34,406 nt of DNA from Octopus bimaculoides (GCF_001194135.2 NC_068982.1:25582554-25616959), one strand, 5' to 3'; shown: positions 12,901 through 24,766, numbered from the stretch's first letter. The notes: generated from the letters alone by a model not told the origin. Program-made: numbers and translations.

Positions 12901-13146
12901 TTAGTATAAACTTTAATGCATCAAAAAAGTCAACCATTCACGTAAAACGAGTTTAGATTCTTTCGAAAACGATGAACTATCACATAAAAGGAATCTAACA
13001 AGCTGCAATGATGATTTGGTTTGGAATTGTGTGTGCTGCTGATCGTTGCAAATCTATTCAACTGTAATTCTTAATTGCTTTTCGCACACTTTTTATTTAT
13101 TTGTATTTATTAAACGTTTGAACAGTGTGTGAGAATGTATGCTTTT

Positions 13147-13155
13147 ATGAACGAG

Positions 13156-13196
<41 letters not shown>

Positions 13197-13204
13197 TGTG
13201 TGTG
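13147..13204. repeat. (GT)n microsatellite just upstream of the candidate exon
   Basis: Visible TG run; it accounts for the CVCV N-terminus of ORF 13129..13731. Confidence 0.95.
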
Positions 13205-13263
13205 CAGCCTTATTTACGGAATTCTCGTTAATGACATTAACGTTTCTTATTCTTTATTTTCAG

Positions 13264-13731
13264 ATATTTATTGAAGTAATCTTTCACCAAATGAATAACT
13301 TTACTGCCATAGTAACACATACTAAAGAACAGGATGCTGTGCTATTTATTGATAACAAAGTCTATGCCAATATCCCGGAAATTAATGGAGGCAATCACTG
13401 TAAAGACTCTTTTGTACAACATGAGGTGACGTCGCACTCAAATTGCTTCGTTAAATCGAACTCCTACAGGCTTTATGAACCAACTATGAAATATTCGCCA
13501 AACCAAACACGTATTTGCCAGCATCACTGTGAAGTATTCATACGCAGGGAAAATAACATACTTCAAACTGTTAAACGTCATTTACACAATGAATATTCTT
13601 TTGCGATAGCTAGCCAATCACGCTCTATTAAGCATATTGCAGAAAAGCTAATCGCTTATCGACGGAAACAGAAGTCTGGGTCTCAAACATCCGTAGAAAT
13701 TATCTCTTCCGCTGCTAAAAAATTTTCATAG
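13264..13731 (+). CDS. Probable terminal coding exon, unknown product (155 codons from the acceptor, or 146 aa from ATG 13291: MNNFTAIVTHTKEQDAVLFIDNKVYANIPE...SAAKKFS)
   Basis: Strong acceptor tttcttattctttattttcag| at 13263, with branch-like TTAAC ~13237. 468 nt of non-repetitive open frame in AT-rich DNA, and the other two + frames stop within a few codons. AATAAA at 14219-14224. No homologue recognised. Confidence 0.55.
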   Translation: MFIEVIFHQMNNFTAIVTHTKEQDAVLFIDNKVYANIPEINGGNHCKDSFVQHEVTSHSNCFVKSNSYRLYEPTMKYSPNQTRICQHHCEVFIRRENNILQTVKRHLHNEYSFAIASQSRSIKHIAEKLIAYRRKQKSGSQTSVEIISSAAKKFS

Positions 13732-15339
13732 ATGTTCTTTCAAGCAAGATAAAAGCATTTTTGAGCAATTAATGAACAATTTTACGTCATAACGCATTTT
13801 TTTAACAAAATTATTTTACTGATAATTTACAAAAAATGTAATTGCAAATAAGCTTGATGTTTGAATCTAGATTTTCAAACTGTTCCTTAGGAACTAAGTT
13901 GGGTCCGATGAAACAAAAATATATACAAAGATATTTAAACCATGAGCATCCCATTTTGTTTTTTAGGGTTTCTGTTAACTGGAATACATTATTTCAGTTA
14001 TATAATGTTCGTACTATCAGTATGTCTCCCTAAAAGTTTGGAGTACTTCCTTGTATGTGATGTCTTGTCAGTAGTTTACCGCTAGAATCTTTAATTCTAG
14101 ATTATTTATATACATCTCAATAATATGCTTGCAGCAATGGAAAATAATTTCTTGTTCGTGACATAATCAACTGATTTTAGAGTGCATAGACTTGCACAAT
14201 ATTTAAAGATTGCAAGAGAATAAATTCGTAGAAAGGTGTTTTGTGTCTTATAGACATGTTGAATAATATATTACGGGTGCATTAAAAAAATCTACTTGCA
14301 ATGCTACTAGGAACCATGTTATGAATTTATAGAGTTTAAATCACTGCAGTGTGTGTACACAGTAGAAACAAATTGTATTTTATACAACTTCTGCAAGGAC
14401 GAAAAGCTGTTCAGCCAGACCCTATTCAATCCGAACCACAATTAATCGCATATACTGTCGAGTATCCTCCTGTAGATATTGTTTATGTAGTAACTATAAG
14501 TGCTTTAGTAAATCGGATTGACCGAATAGCATAAGTTAACGTATTCATCACAGATAGGTCGATAAACAAAGTTTCTAGACGATCTATTAGTGTTTGTTCA
14601 GATACTGTGATTAGCTTTTTAAAGAAATCTAAACATATTTAGCCAGCCCTAAATCTACCACATTTCTTGAAGTAATATGTAGTACCAGTAAATTCGAGCT
14701 AGTCGCTTGCATTTATAGATATCAAAATATTAGTCAATTTTTATTGATGAGAAATAGATTCAGAGATTTGTTGAAAGTTAAAGCGTCTAAGCGGATTAAA
14801 TCCATGACATTAATATATAGTGTCTAATTTAGTGTTACGCCGTTGGAGACATCATTTGGCGTACTCTAATTAATGTAACAGAAACGGGAGATGCAAGGAA
14901 GGATTATTGATGGTATAAGGCATCCTAATCTAAATATTTTATAACGAAGGTCATACGGCGGCTACTCTGAAAGATAATGTTTATTAACAAGTCCAGCTTA
15001 TTTTAATTTTTTTCTAGAGTTGAACACGTTTACATATTTCACATGAACATAAACTATTAGAATATGTTAGCAGTGAAACTATTAGAATATATTAGCAGTG
15101 AAAAACAAATGTTATGACGTCACAAGAGAGGCATCTTCCTCCAAAGTATCATTTTTGGCGGAAGATGTTTTAATATCACTAATATCAAAAATATCGACAA
15201 GATCCATATGAAATTAGCTGTAAAATCTGTTTTTGAAATTGAATTAACCTAAGTCAGTATATAACATTTTTACTGTATGTATATATATATATATATACTG
15301 TAATATATATAAAGTATTGCTTAACCATCCTCCCACACT

Positions 15340-15387
15340 GTCTCCGATGAAGGGATATAATAAATATCCTGGAAACAGCTATAAGAC
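15340..15387 (+). ncRNA. Second copy of the hammerhead-like motif (decayed stem III), in a PLE pLTR-like fragment ~15320-15420
   Basis: GTCT-CCGATGA-A-GGGATAT aataa ATATCCT-G-GAAAC AGCT ATA^AGAC. Core and stem I match 1503-1551, stem II has a different sequence but still pairs, and a G>A change breaks the stem III palindrome. Confidence 0.55.
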
Positions 15388-16254
15388 CTTCTATTTATAA
15401 ATGTTCTAAAATCTTCACAGCCTTGGTTTTTTTTTATCTCATTACGAAAAGTAAAACCTTATATATATATATATATATATATNNNNNNNNNNNNNNNNNN
15501 NNNNNNNNNNNNNNNNNNNNNNNNNNNNNNNNNNNNNNNNNNNNNNNNNNNNNNNNNNNNNNNNNNNNNNNNNNNNNNNNNNNNNNNNNNNNNNNNNNNN
15601 NNNNNNNNNNNNNNNNNNNNNNNNNNNNNNNNNNNNNNNNNNNNNNNNNNNNNNNNNNNNNNNNNNNNNNNNNNNNNNNNNNNNNNNNNNNNNNNNNNNN
15701 NNNNNNNNNNNNNNNNNNNNNNNNNNNNNNNNNNNNNNNNNNNNNNNNNNNNNNNNNNNNNNNNNNNNNNNNNNNNNNNNNNNNNNNNNNNNNNNNNNNN
15801 NNNNNNNNNNNNNNNNNNNNNNNNNNNNNNNNNNNNNNNNNNNNNNNNNNNNNNNNNNNNNNNNNNNNNNNNNNNNNNNNNNNNNNNNNNNNNNNNNNNN
15901 NNNNNNNNNNNNNNNNNNNNNNNNNNNNNNNNNNNNNNNNNNNNNNNNNNNNNNNNNNNNNNNNNNNNNNNNNNNNNNNNNNNNNNNNNNNNNNNNNNNN
16001 NNNNNNNNNNNNNNNNNNNNNNNNNNNNNNNNNNNNNNNNNNNNNNNNNNNNNNNNNNNNNNNNNNNNNNNNNNNNNNNNNNNNNNNNNNNNNNNNNNNN
16101 NNNNNNNNNNNNNNNNNNNNNNNNNNNNNNNNNNNNNNNNNNNNNNNNNNNNNNNNNNNNNNNNNNNNNNNNNNNNNATATATATATATATATACATACA
16201 TACATAGTAGAATTAGAAATAGAAAATTCTCGATACAACACTATATATTTGAAA

Positions 16255-16467
16255 GATGGCGAGCTGGCAGAAACGTTAGCACGCCGAGTGAACTGCTTAG
16301 CAGTTTTTCGTCTTTACGTTCTGAGTTCAAATTCCGCCGAGGTCGACTTTGCCTTTCATCCTTTCGGGGTTGATAAATTAAGCACCAGTTACGTACTGGG
16401 GTCGATTTAATCGACTGGTCCCTTCCCCAAAAATTTCGTGTCTTGTGCCTAGAGTAGAAAATAATAT
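16255..16467 (+). mobile_element. Full-length tRNA-derived SINE (octopus-type family)
   Basis: Box A-like TGGCAGAAACGTTAG and box B GAGTTCAAATTCC. Perfect 13-bp TSD TATATATTTGAAA at 16242-16254 and 16468-16480. The body resembles the abundant Octopus SINE as I recall it. Confidence 0.92.
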
Positions 16468-17589
16468 TATATATTTGAAAAAGTTAATAGAAATCGCTTT
16501 TCTGATAATTTCTCCCACTTTAATAGATGCTTATAAATTATACACCCTAAATAATTCATAAACATCTAAAAATCGATATAGCAGAAAGACTATTTTTGTT
16601 CTTTGTTTTCATATTTGTAATTATATTGCTGAGATAGTCTCTTGAGAATTTTCTGTGTCAATGGTGATTTTAATAATCAAGCTATTGAAAAGCCAATCAA
16701 ACATTGTTCAAATATATGGCGCTACATCTCAAAAGTAAAGTTGTTAGAAAAATATGAAATGATTCAGTCAGATGATATGAACGCTATGTAATCAGTGAAG
16801 AGAGCTTTAACTGAAATATTATTAGAATCATTTTTCTATTGAATTTTTGAGGATCCGATATCATGTACTTATGTAGGAATCAAAATAAGTATAAAATTTA
16901 TGAATGATTATATATCATTATGCAAGAAGATATATTTAAACTGTTGCAGTAATGTAGCCTCTTGACCAAAAGCTAATCAAGCAGGTTTATGTTCAAAGGA
17001 TTTCCAAGCCATGGTCATTCCGCCTTTTGAGAAGCATTTAGAAACATGTTGAATAACATGTATACTCATTATTTTATACAATTGAATGTTAAGGAAAATT
17101 TGATTGATAGTTCTTACTAGCGATAATCTCGGATATCAATTGTTGTCTAGAAAATATAATTAAAAAATACATTAGTCATAACGACTGCCATTCTAAATGT
17201 TTCCGTTTGAATTATTACAAATTCTAATCAGCGATATTTTTTTGTAAATCATTCGAGTCAATATTGTTAAACGGGCCTAAACTCTAGCCCTTTAAAATTC
17301 TATCAAATGTATGAAATTGTTAAGAGAAATTAGAAACCTTCATTCCACCGCTGGAGTTTTGATGTTATTACGTAGGCACTCAAAAATGATTTAGCCATTA
17401 TCGAAAAAAATATTTTTAAAAACTGACGCATAAATACCTTGAACCTACTCGCAATTCGAATTTTAATTTGCATACTTTTCTCCGATTCTCTAAATAAACA
17501 TATAATACTCATATATCTATATAGACGTACACTCACTCACACATATACATTTATATACACACATGTGCACAAATATGTACAGACATGTG

Positions 17590-17624
<35 letters not shown>

Positions 17625-18310
17625 ATATGTCTGTGTTTGCGTGTATGTCCATGGGTTTATAGATATGTGTCTATCTATGGTTGTGTGTATGTATGTCTAT
17701 ATATATATGTATATGTGTGTGTGCGTGTCTAAATGTGCGTGCGCGCGTGTATACGTGAGAGCATGTGTATATGTGTGTGTCTAGGAGTGTGAGTGTGAAT
17801 ACATGTATACCTATTGTGCTTAGTGGGCTGGAATGAGACAAAAAGTTTATGACAGTTTTATGGCTCTCTGCTGCTCCCATATTTGTTTCCTTTTATCTCA
17901 CTTTTGATTACCTTGGCCTTGATTTCCCCAAGGCTAAAGTATGTCTGTGATTTTTGTATGTGCTTAACGCCGATCTTAGCTATAAACTAAAATAGATAAG
18001 TGAATTTGAACAATATAGTCCTTTCACCTCTTTGGTTCTCACATGCTCCTTCACGCCATACCTTCTAATATTCCTTTATAGCTGAATCTTATTTTTTAAA
18101 GGACAACGAATCCAACGACGTTGAATTCGTCATGTTTCCTGTACGAAGCTTCACCTGTTTGACATCTAATCTGCTTAAAAGTTTAACTGAAGATGGCGGA
18201 TTATATGATATGATGTAATCTATGAATACTTCAATAAAATTCTACCGAAACAGGTATCGCAAATTTTAAATGCCGTTTGTGTCCTCTTTGTGTATACATA
18301 TGTATATATT

Positions 18311-18344
18311 GATAATAATAACAATAATAATAATAATAATAATG

Positions 18345-18393
<49 letters not shown>

Positions 18394-18409
18394 TAATAAT
18401 AATAATAAT

Positions 18410-18457
<48 letters not shown>

Positions 18458-18480
18458 AATAATAATAACAATAATAATAT
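18311..18480. repeat. (AAT)n trinucleotide microsatellite
   Basis: About 170 nt of AAT repeats with GAT/CAA interruptions; explains the poly-N/I/Y ORFs. Confidence 0.98.
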
Positions 18481-18789
18481 GACAACAAAAGAATGAATGC
18501 GACCTCGATATTATGTAAATACAGGAATTTATCTATAAATATATAATATAGGACAATCAGTTAGTAGTCATAATAATACTCGGAGTTTCAGATACCGGAG
18601 CTAAAAGCTTTTAGGTATTCACATCAGTTATAAAGACAAGAACGCTATGAAAAAACTGTTGAATAAAGGGAAGTTACTCTAATAGGCGTGGGAAATAAAT
18701 AAAAGTAAACGATATAAATATTATAAAAATACAACCACACAAAGATAGAAATGTTCGTTCACACCTTAAGCTTCAGACACTGGGATAAA

Positions 18790-19010
18790 AGTCATATATG
18801 GTCCGCAAAAGAACAAGGTGTCAGCTATGAATTTCACTGGAAGATCTTGGCCAAGTGTAAACCTTACATCAACGGCAGTGGGAAGTGCGGTTTTTGCGAT
18901 ATGGAAAGATGGCTCATCTGGAAAAGTTCGTTAGACCCCGCTACATGTTGACATTCAAGAACTGAAGTTTTTGGATCATGTCCACATATGACAAAATACT
19001 TGTTATTATT
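18790..19010 (+). mobile_element. Penelope-like element, C-terminal GIY-YIG endonuclease remnant
   Basis: Translation SHIWSAKEQGVSYEFHWKILAKCKPYINGSGKCGFCDMERWLIW...*HSRTEVFGSCPHMTKYLL fits the PLE C-terminal pattern HIW..K......WKIL....PY.....C..C..E.........R.E....C.H..K.LL. Confidence 0.8.
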
Positions 19011-19169
19011 TTTGGCCCCCCGCCCCGATCACATATAGAACTTGCTTTTTACATTATGTCCATGTACTTTCATATGTCTTAACATTTCCTATATATTTTT
19101 ATATATATTTTTATTCCTTTATATATGTTTTTGAATATTATTTTCCCCTTTTTTCAATTGTGTGACTAT

Positions 19170-20123
19170 GTACGACTATGTATATTTGTATGTATAAACA
19201 TATATCAAACATGTATGCGTGCGCATGTGTATATATGTGTACGTATGTATTTATATATATACGAGTGTAAGACTGTATCCGTTGCATAAGAGTGACTGTC
19301 ATGCACATGTCTCTTTCCTCCATACATATATGTATGTATATAAGCCAGTATATCTGCAGGTGTAGGTGCGATGATAGACAGGAGGGTGTATATGTGTATA
19401 TATGCACCCGTATACATATATAATTTATATGTATATTCATGTTTGCGGCGAATCTGAATATGTATACATTTTATGTTTGTGTATGTGTTTTCACTTGTAT
19501 AAATGCCTATATGTAAATGTAGGCATATATCTATGCGAGGATGATGTTGACTATGTATATATACGTATATGTGTGTATATATTTGTACATAAATATGCAT
19601 ATGCGTGGGTTTATATATCTGCGTATGCATATATATACGTATGCGTGTGTCTACATTTGTACATATATACGCATATGGGTGGATTTGTATATCCGCGTGT
19701 GTGTATATGTGTGTATATTCATATATGCGACGTGTGTTAATATATACCTGCCACGAGTGTACATATATGTATATTGCTTTACATTTATATATGAGTATTT
19801 TTCATTTTTATTTATATATTATTATTTTTATTTATATATTTTATTAAGTTAGAAGATATGTGTAAGCATTTTTCTAAGTGAAGATGAAGTTATATATACA
19901 TATATACGTACGTGTGTGTGTATTTTTATATATTTATATATATATTTTTTTATACATATATATGCATATGCATGTATATGTATATGCGTATATGTGTGCG
20001 TGTAGAGATGTGTATATGAGCATAATAATGCATGCATGGGCACATATACGTATGTGCGTGTATGTATGTGTATGTATATATATATACATATATATATATA
20101 TATGTGCATGTGTGTGTGTGTGT

Positions 20124-20161
<38 letters not shown>

Positions 20162-20650
20162 ATGTGAGTATGTATATATACATATGTGTGTATGTGTGTA
20201 CGTGTATGTATGTATACATACATNNNNNNNNNNNNNNNNNNNNNNNNNNNNNNNNNNNNNNNNNNNNNNNNNNNNNNNNNNNNNNNNNNNNNNNNNNNNN
20301 NNNNNNNNNNNNNNNNNNNNNNNNNNNNNNNNNNNNNNNNNNNNNNNNNNNNNNNNNNNNNNNNNNNNNNNNNNNNNNNNNNNNNNNNNNNNNNNNNNNN
20401 NNNNNNNNNNNNNNNNNNNNNNNNNNNNNNNNNNNNNNNNNNNNNNNNNNNNNNNNNNNNNNNNNNNNNNNNNNNNNNNNNNNNNNNNNNNNNNNNNNNN
20501 NNNNNNNNNNNNNNNNNNNNNNNNNNNNNNNNNNNNNNNNNNNNNNNNNNNNTATATATACATATATACGTACGTGTGTGTGTATTTTTATATATTTATA
20601 TATATATTTTTTTATACATATATATGCATATGCATGTATATGTATATATA
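19170..20650. repeat. Large degenerate (TA/TG/CA) compound microsatellite spanning a gap
   Basis: Visible low-complexity sequence; source of many spurious ORFs. Confidence 0.95.
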
Positions 20651-22554
20651 AAGTAAGAAAGTGGTACTTGGTTACCAAATGCAAATTAAAATACTATTTT
20701 ATTAAAGTTGCAAAAAAATAACAAACTTTACAAGTTCTCATTTGAACCAAATATTATTTTCCAATAATATTTCTTTTTTTCACATAAGTTCTTATTAATT
20801 ACAAGACGAACACATGGTGTCTTATCGGGAATCGATGTAAGAGAGATTATATTGTGGTAAACAGGATATTTGTTTTGTCTGAATAAGTTTATTGTCAATA
20901 GGGTTACATCGTTATAACAACTTTCTTGAGAACTACTTTGGTTTCTATGTTACGAACGTCTTTATTTGAAATTATCCAAAACATAGCCTTCAATAAAATT
21001 TTCGTGCAAATTGTTTAAGGCACCTAGTAAATAGAAACAGTTGAAGTGTTATTGTAATTGATTATGAGCTCAGCCTTTCTTTTGGATAGAGCAATAAAAT
21101 ATTTTACGTACTTGGAGTCTGAAGAGCAACACTGTATTCTTGATTTCTCATTGTTGAACTTCGATTCGGTGATGTTATTGATTTTTTCCCTTCTAAAGTA
21201 ATAACTCTGACATGACATTCTCATTACAATGTAATTATGATTCTGCTAACAATGTATTAATGATTGTAAGTTATACGATGTTCATGCTCCTTTGAAATAT
21301 ACCTGTTGTTTAAAATAGATTAAATGGATGCCGCAACATACGTACAAAATTTGTCCATCATGAACTCAGCGCTGATCTATATGGATTCCTACTAGATGCG
21401 TGAATTGCTGGACAATAATAACGCTATCGATTTTGACTTCTGATAAAGCGAAGAAGAAGAATCGTTAGGATAGCTTTGACAGCTTCTGGATGTAATGAAT
21501 AATGTTCTCGAGATATCAAAAATGCAATCTAATTTCATATCATTTTGTCATAATTCACAGTTACACATTACCATTTTAGCCACAACAAAGATTCAAATTA
21601 TTCGACAAAATAAGTACATTGAAGAAGCCATTAAGATTTTACCAATCTGTGAAAAAACAGAATTATCTTATAAAAAAGATAGCACTGTAATGACAAAATA
21701 AATGCGTTATCTAGAAACGTGTAAATAACGAATACGGCGCCAAAAATTTAGTAATTTTCTTTGATTTACTCTTAATAATTTAACAAAAGAATATAAGACA
21801 CATAATTACGAATGCATTTCATTTTTCTCTCTAAAAATTTGCCCTTGAATTCCTCCATCTTGTTACACCATTTATAGAAAACCAATTCAGTAAAAATGCT
21901 TGATTTCGATATCAGCAAACACAATGGGTGGACGACGATGAGAAACTGTAGTGCACTAGGCTAATTATTGTTAAAAGATTAGTTTCAACCTATCCGTCTC
22001 GCTTTCAAATTCCAAAACTTTTACCGTCGTTTACCAATATTAGTGAACATTTTTAAGAAAAAATGAATTTTCTCTAAGTTTAGTCAGTCATCATTTTTCA
22101 GTTGGCCTTTTAGTCGCGTATTCTTTTACTGGTTTAATTAATTGGACGTCAGCTTTTGGGCGGTGCGGGGGCAACACCTTTGCTTTCCCCTGTTTTATAT
22201 ACTCCTTATTTCTCTTCTTTACTCTTTCCAGTGTTTATTCTAAAATTAATACTGTATCTCGATTGAAGCACCAAATATTTTCCATGTTGTACAAATGTTG
22301 TTCTCCTGTGATGTTAATTGCCTATAGAACATGCATTTAATAGTTATGCGCGTTTCTATGTTATTCGTCACTGCGACACGAAATCTTATCTTCACCTATG
22401 AAATCTAAATTGGAATATCATCTGTATCAGATTGGATATCGTTTTACTATTTTCGCAATATTTACTCATACACATACATTCACACGCATATATGTGCGCG
22501 TATACAAACATGTATACTAGCACACACACACACATACATACATATATATATATA

Positions 22555-22598
<44 letters not shown>

Positions 22599-23834
22599 CA
22601 GCCTTGGTCAAAAGTATTGGGCCATCCCAATGTTTCGAGGTTCTGCTGTCTCAGTGTTAATGAAACTCGTGCAAATGGTAGATTATATTTCACAATATAC
22701 ATTAGTTGTAATACCTGGTGACCCCCCCCCCCCACCTTTAGCATCAATTACTGCTTTTATACGGTTAGGCATTGAATTAACTAGTTTCTTGCAGGTTTTA
22801 GGTGCACTTTCACTTCATTCATCTCTCAACGTTTGGTACACATTCTCTTAATTTTTAACTGATAGCTTCATCAAGAGTTCCCCATAGGTGTTCGATCGGA
22901 TTTCGATCGAGATTTTGAGCTGGCCAGTCCATGAGAACAATACCCTATGTCTCAAACCAATAACGAGTATTCTTTGCTGTATGACATGGAGCATTGTCCT
23001 GTTGAAAGATAACACTGTTTTTCGACACTCCTGGATACAATTTAGCAATTTATGGCTCTAAAACATCCGATAACATAGAAACATAGGTAGCTAAATTCAT
23101 CCTTCTCTGACATAAAAACATTTCTCCAGGTCCTGTGGCAAACATGAAGGCCCACACCATGATAGACCCACCCCCATGTTTTACTGTTGGTACCAGACAT
23201 TCAGCCTTAAATACTTCCCCAACTCTGCGACGCACGAAAGTTGCACCAGATGGACCGAAATCCTGAGTAAAAATATGAAAAATAATATTAGCTTTATATT
23301 GGATACATTTTTATATATTTTGGGCAACAAACCAGATACATTAAGTTAATATATTGATTGAAAACAGGTACTATCTTACCTCATAGTTACTTTTATCAGA
23401 CATTAACACTGGTCCAATCTGATGGTTTTTCGCCCACTGGACACGTTTTTCCATATTCGCTTCAGAAACCTATGGCTTCTTCCTGGCTTTACTGCCTTTT
23501 AGACAGTACTCTACAAGCCTTCTTCTAGCAGTTCTGGTTGATATTTGCGAAGTACTTGCCTCGTTGAAGTCCGCACAGAACTCCGATGAAGTTTTTCTCT
23601 TGTTTCTGAGCGATTGACGGATGATGACTCTGTCATCATGAGGTGATGTAACCTCTTTTCTACATGTTGTTTGTATTGTCTTCACATCTTTTTCTCTCTG
23701 AAGTGCTTGAGAGTCGTTTGCACCGTATATCGAGAAGATTTCATCTTCTGAGCAATTTGCCTTTGAGACATTCCATCTTCATGATGAGCTACGATTTGAC
23801 CTCGCTGACACTCACTTAACTCCCTTCTTTTTTT
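22599..23834 (-). mobile_element. Tc1 (DD34E) element A: transposase pseudogene with right TIR, truncated 5' end and an intron at 23263-23379
   Basis: TA|CAGCCTTGGTCAAAAGTATTGGGCCATCCC TIR at 22599. Minus-strand peptides: KRRELSECQRGQIVAHHEDGMSQRQIAQKM (HTH), LKGSKARKKP, VLMSDKSNYE|DFGPSGATFVRRRVGE...PTVKHGGGSIMVWA, IFQQDNAPCHTAK, WPAQ...PIEHLW, LVNSMPNRIKAVIDAKGG. Several stops and frameshifts. Confidence 0.95.
23263..23379 (-). other. 117-nt GT-AG spliceosomal intron inside the Tc1 A transposase
   Basis: Donor GAG|GTAAGA and acceptor TTTTTCATATTTTTACTCAG|GAT. Removal joins SDKSNYE to DFGPSG in frame. The unspliced frame hits a stop at once (gta aga tag). Confidence 0.85.
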
Positions 23835-23867
23835 GAACATTTTACTGTTTATTAACTGTATCTACAA

Positions 23868-24350
23868 CGTATCTGCCGGCCCAATGGTTTCTCTTTATGG
23901 CAGAATTAATAGTCAAGACTATTTGAGCATTTCATCTGATCAAATTCATCCTATGGTTGCGGAAATGTTTCCGGTGAGAAAGGCAATCTTTCAGGATGAT
24001 AGTGCACCAATTCACACAGCTAAGTTGTTACTGAATAGTACGAGGAACATTCTAGTGAGGATGAACGTCTTATTTGTCCGCCACAGTCCCCAGATCTCAA
24101 TATTGAACATTTATGGTGCATTTTAGAAAAACAAGTAAGGTGTCGATGTCCTCTACCATCATCACTACAAGAAGTGGAGACTGTTTTATCTGCAGAATAG
24201 ACAAAAATTCCTTTGGAAACAATTCAAACTTTGTACGAGTTCATACCTCATAGAATTGAAGCTGTAATTACTGTTAATGGCGGTCCTACCCCATATCAAA
24301 ATAAATTTGTTTGAAATTTTAAGCTGTTTCCACTATCTTGTCCAATCATG
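23868..24350 (+). mobile_element. Tc1 element B: 3' fragment of a different family, with right TIR
   Basis: Peptides GPMVSLYGRINSQDYLSI...AIFQDDSAPIHTAK, PPQSPDLN-IEHLWCILEKQV, IPHRIEAVITVNGGPTPY. TIR-like GTTTCCACTATCTTGTCCAATCATG ends at 24350 and is followed by TA. Confidence 0.92.
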
Positions 24351-24766
24351 TATGTTTATATATATATATATACATATATATATANNNNNNNNNNNNNNNN
24401 NNNNNNNNNNNNNNNNNNNNNNNNNNNNNNNNNNNNNNNNNNNNNNNNNNNNNNNNNNNNNNNNNNNNNNNNNNNNNNNNNNNNNNNNNNNNNNNNNNNN
24501 NNNNNNNNNNNNNNNNNNNNNNNNNNNNNNNNNNNNNNNNNNNNNNNNNNNNNNNNNNNNNNNNNNNNNNNNNNNNNNNNNNNNNNNNNNNNNNNNNNNN
24601 NNNNNNNNNNNNNNNNNNNNNNNNNNNNNNNNNNNNNNNNNNNNNNNNNNNNNNNNNNNNNNNNNNNNNNNNNNNNNNNNNNNNNNNNNNNNNNNNNNNN
24701 NNNNNNNNNNNNNNNNNNNNNNNNNNNNNNNNNNNNNNNNNNNNNNATATATATACATACACACAG

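Noticed and set aside
16258-16340. tRNA gene
   Set aside because: Has A and B boxes but no cloverleaf, and continues into a SINE body with a TSD.
15423-16373. Long ORFs of 250-316 aa (similar cases at 798-1255, 19878-20721 and 24277-24889)
   Set aside because: They run through N gaps and microsatellites; artefacts.
18231-18496. Poly-Tyr, poly-Ile and poly-Asn ORFs
   Set aside because: Reading frames of the (AAT)n microsatellite.
21325-21475. Acidic stretch MRELLDNNNAIDFDF**SEEEES resembling a piggyBac N-terminus
   Set aside because: No TTAA-flanked TIR or catalytic domain found.
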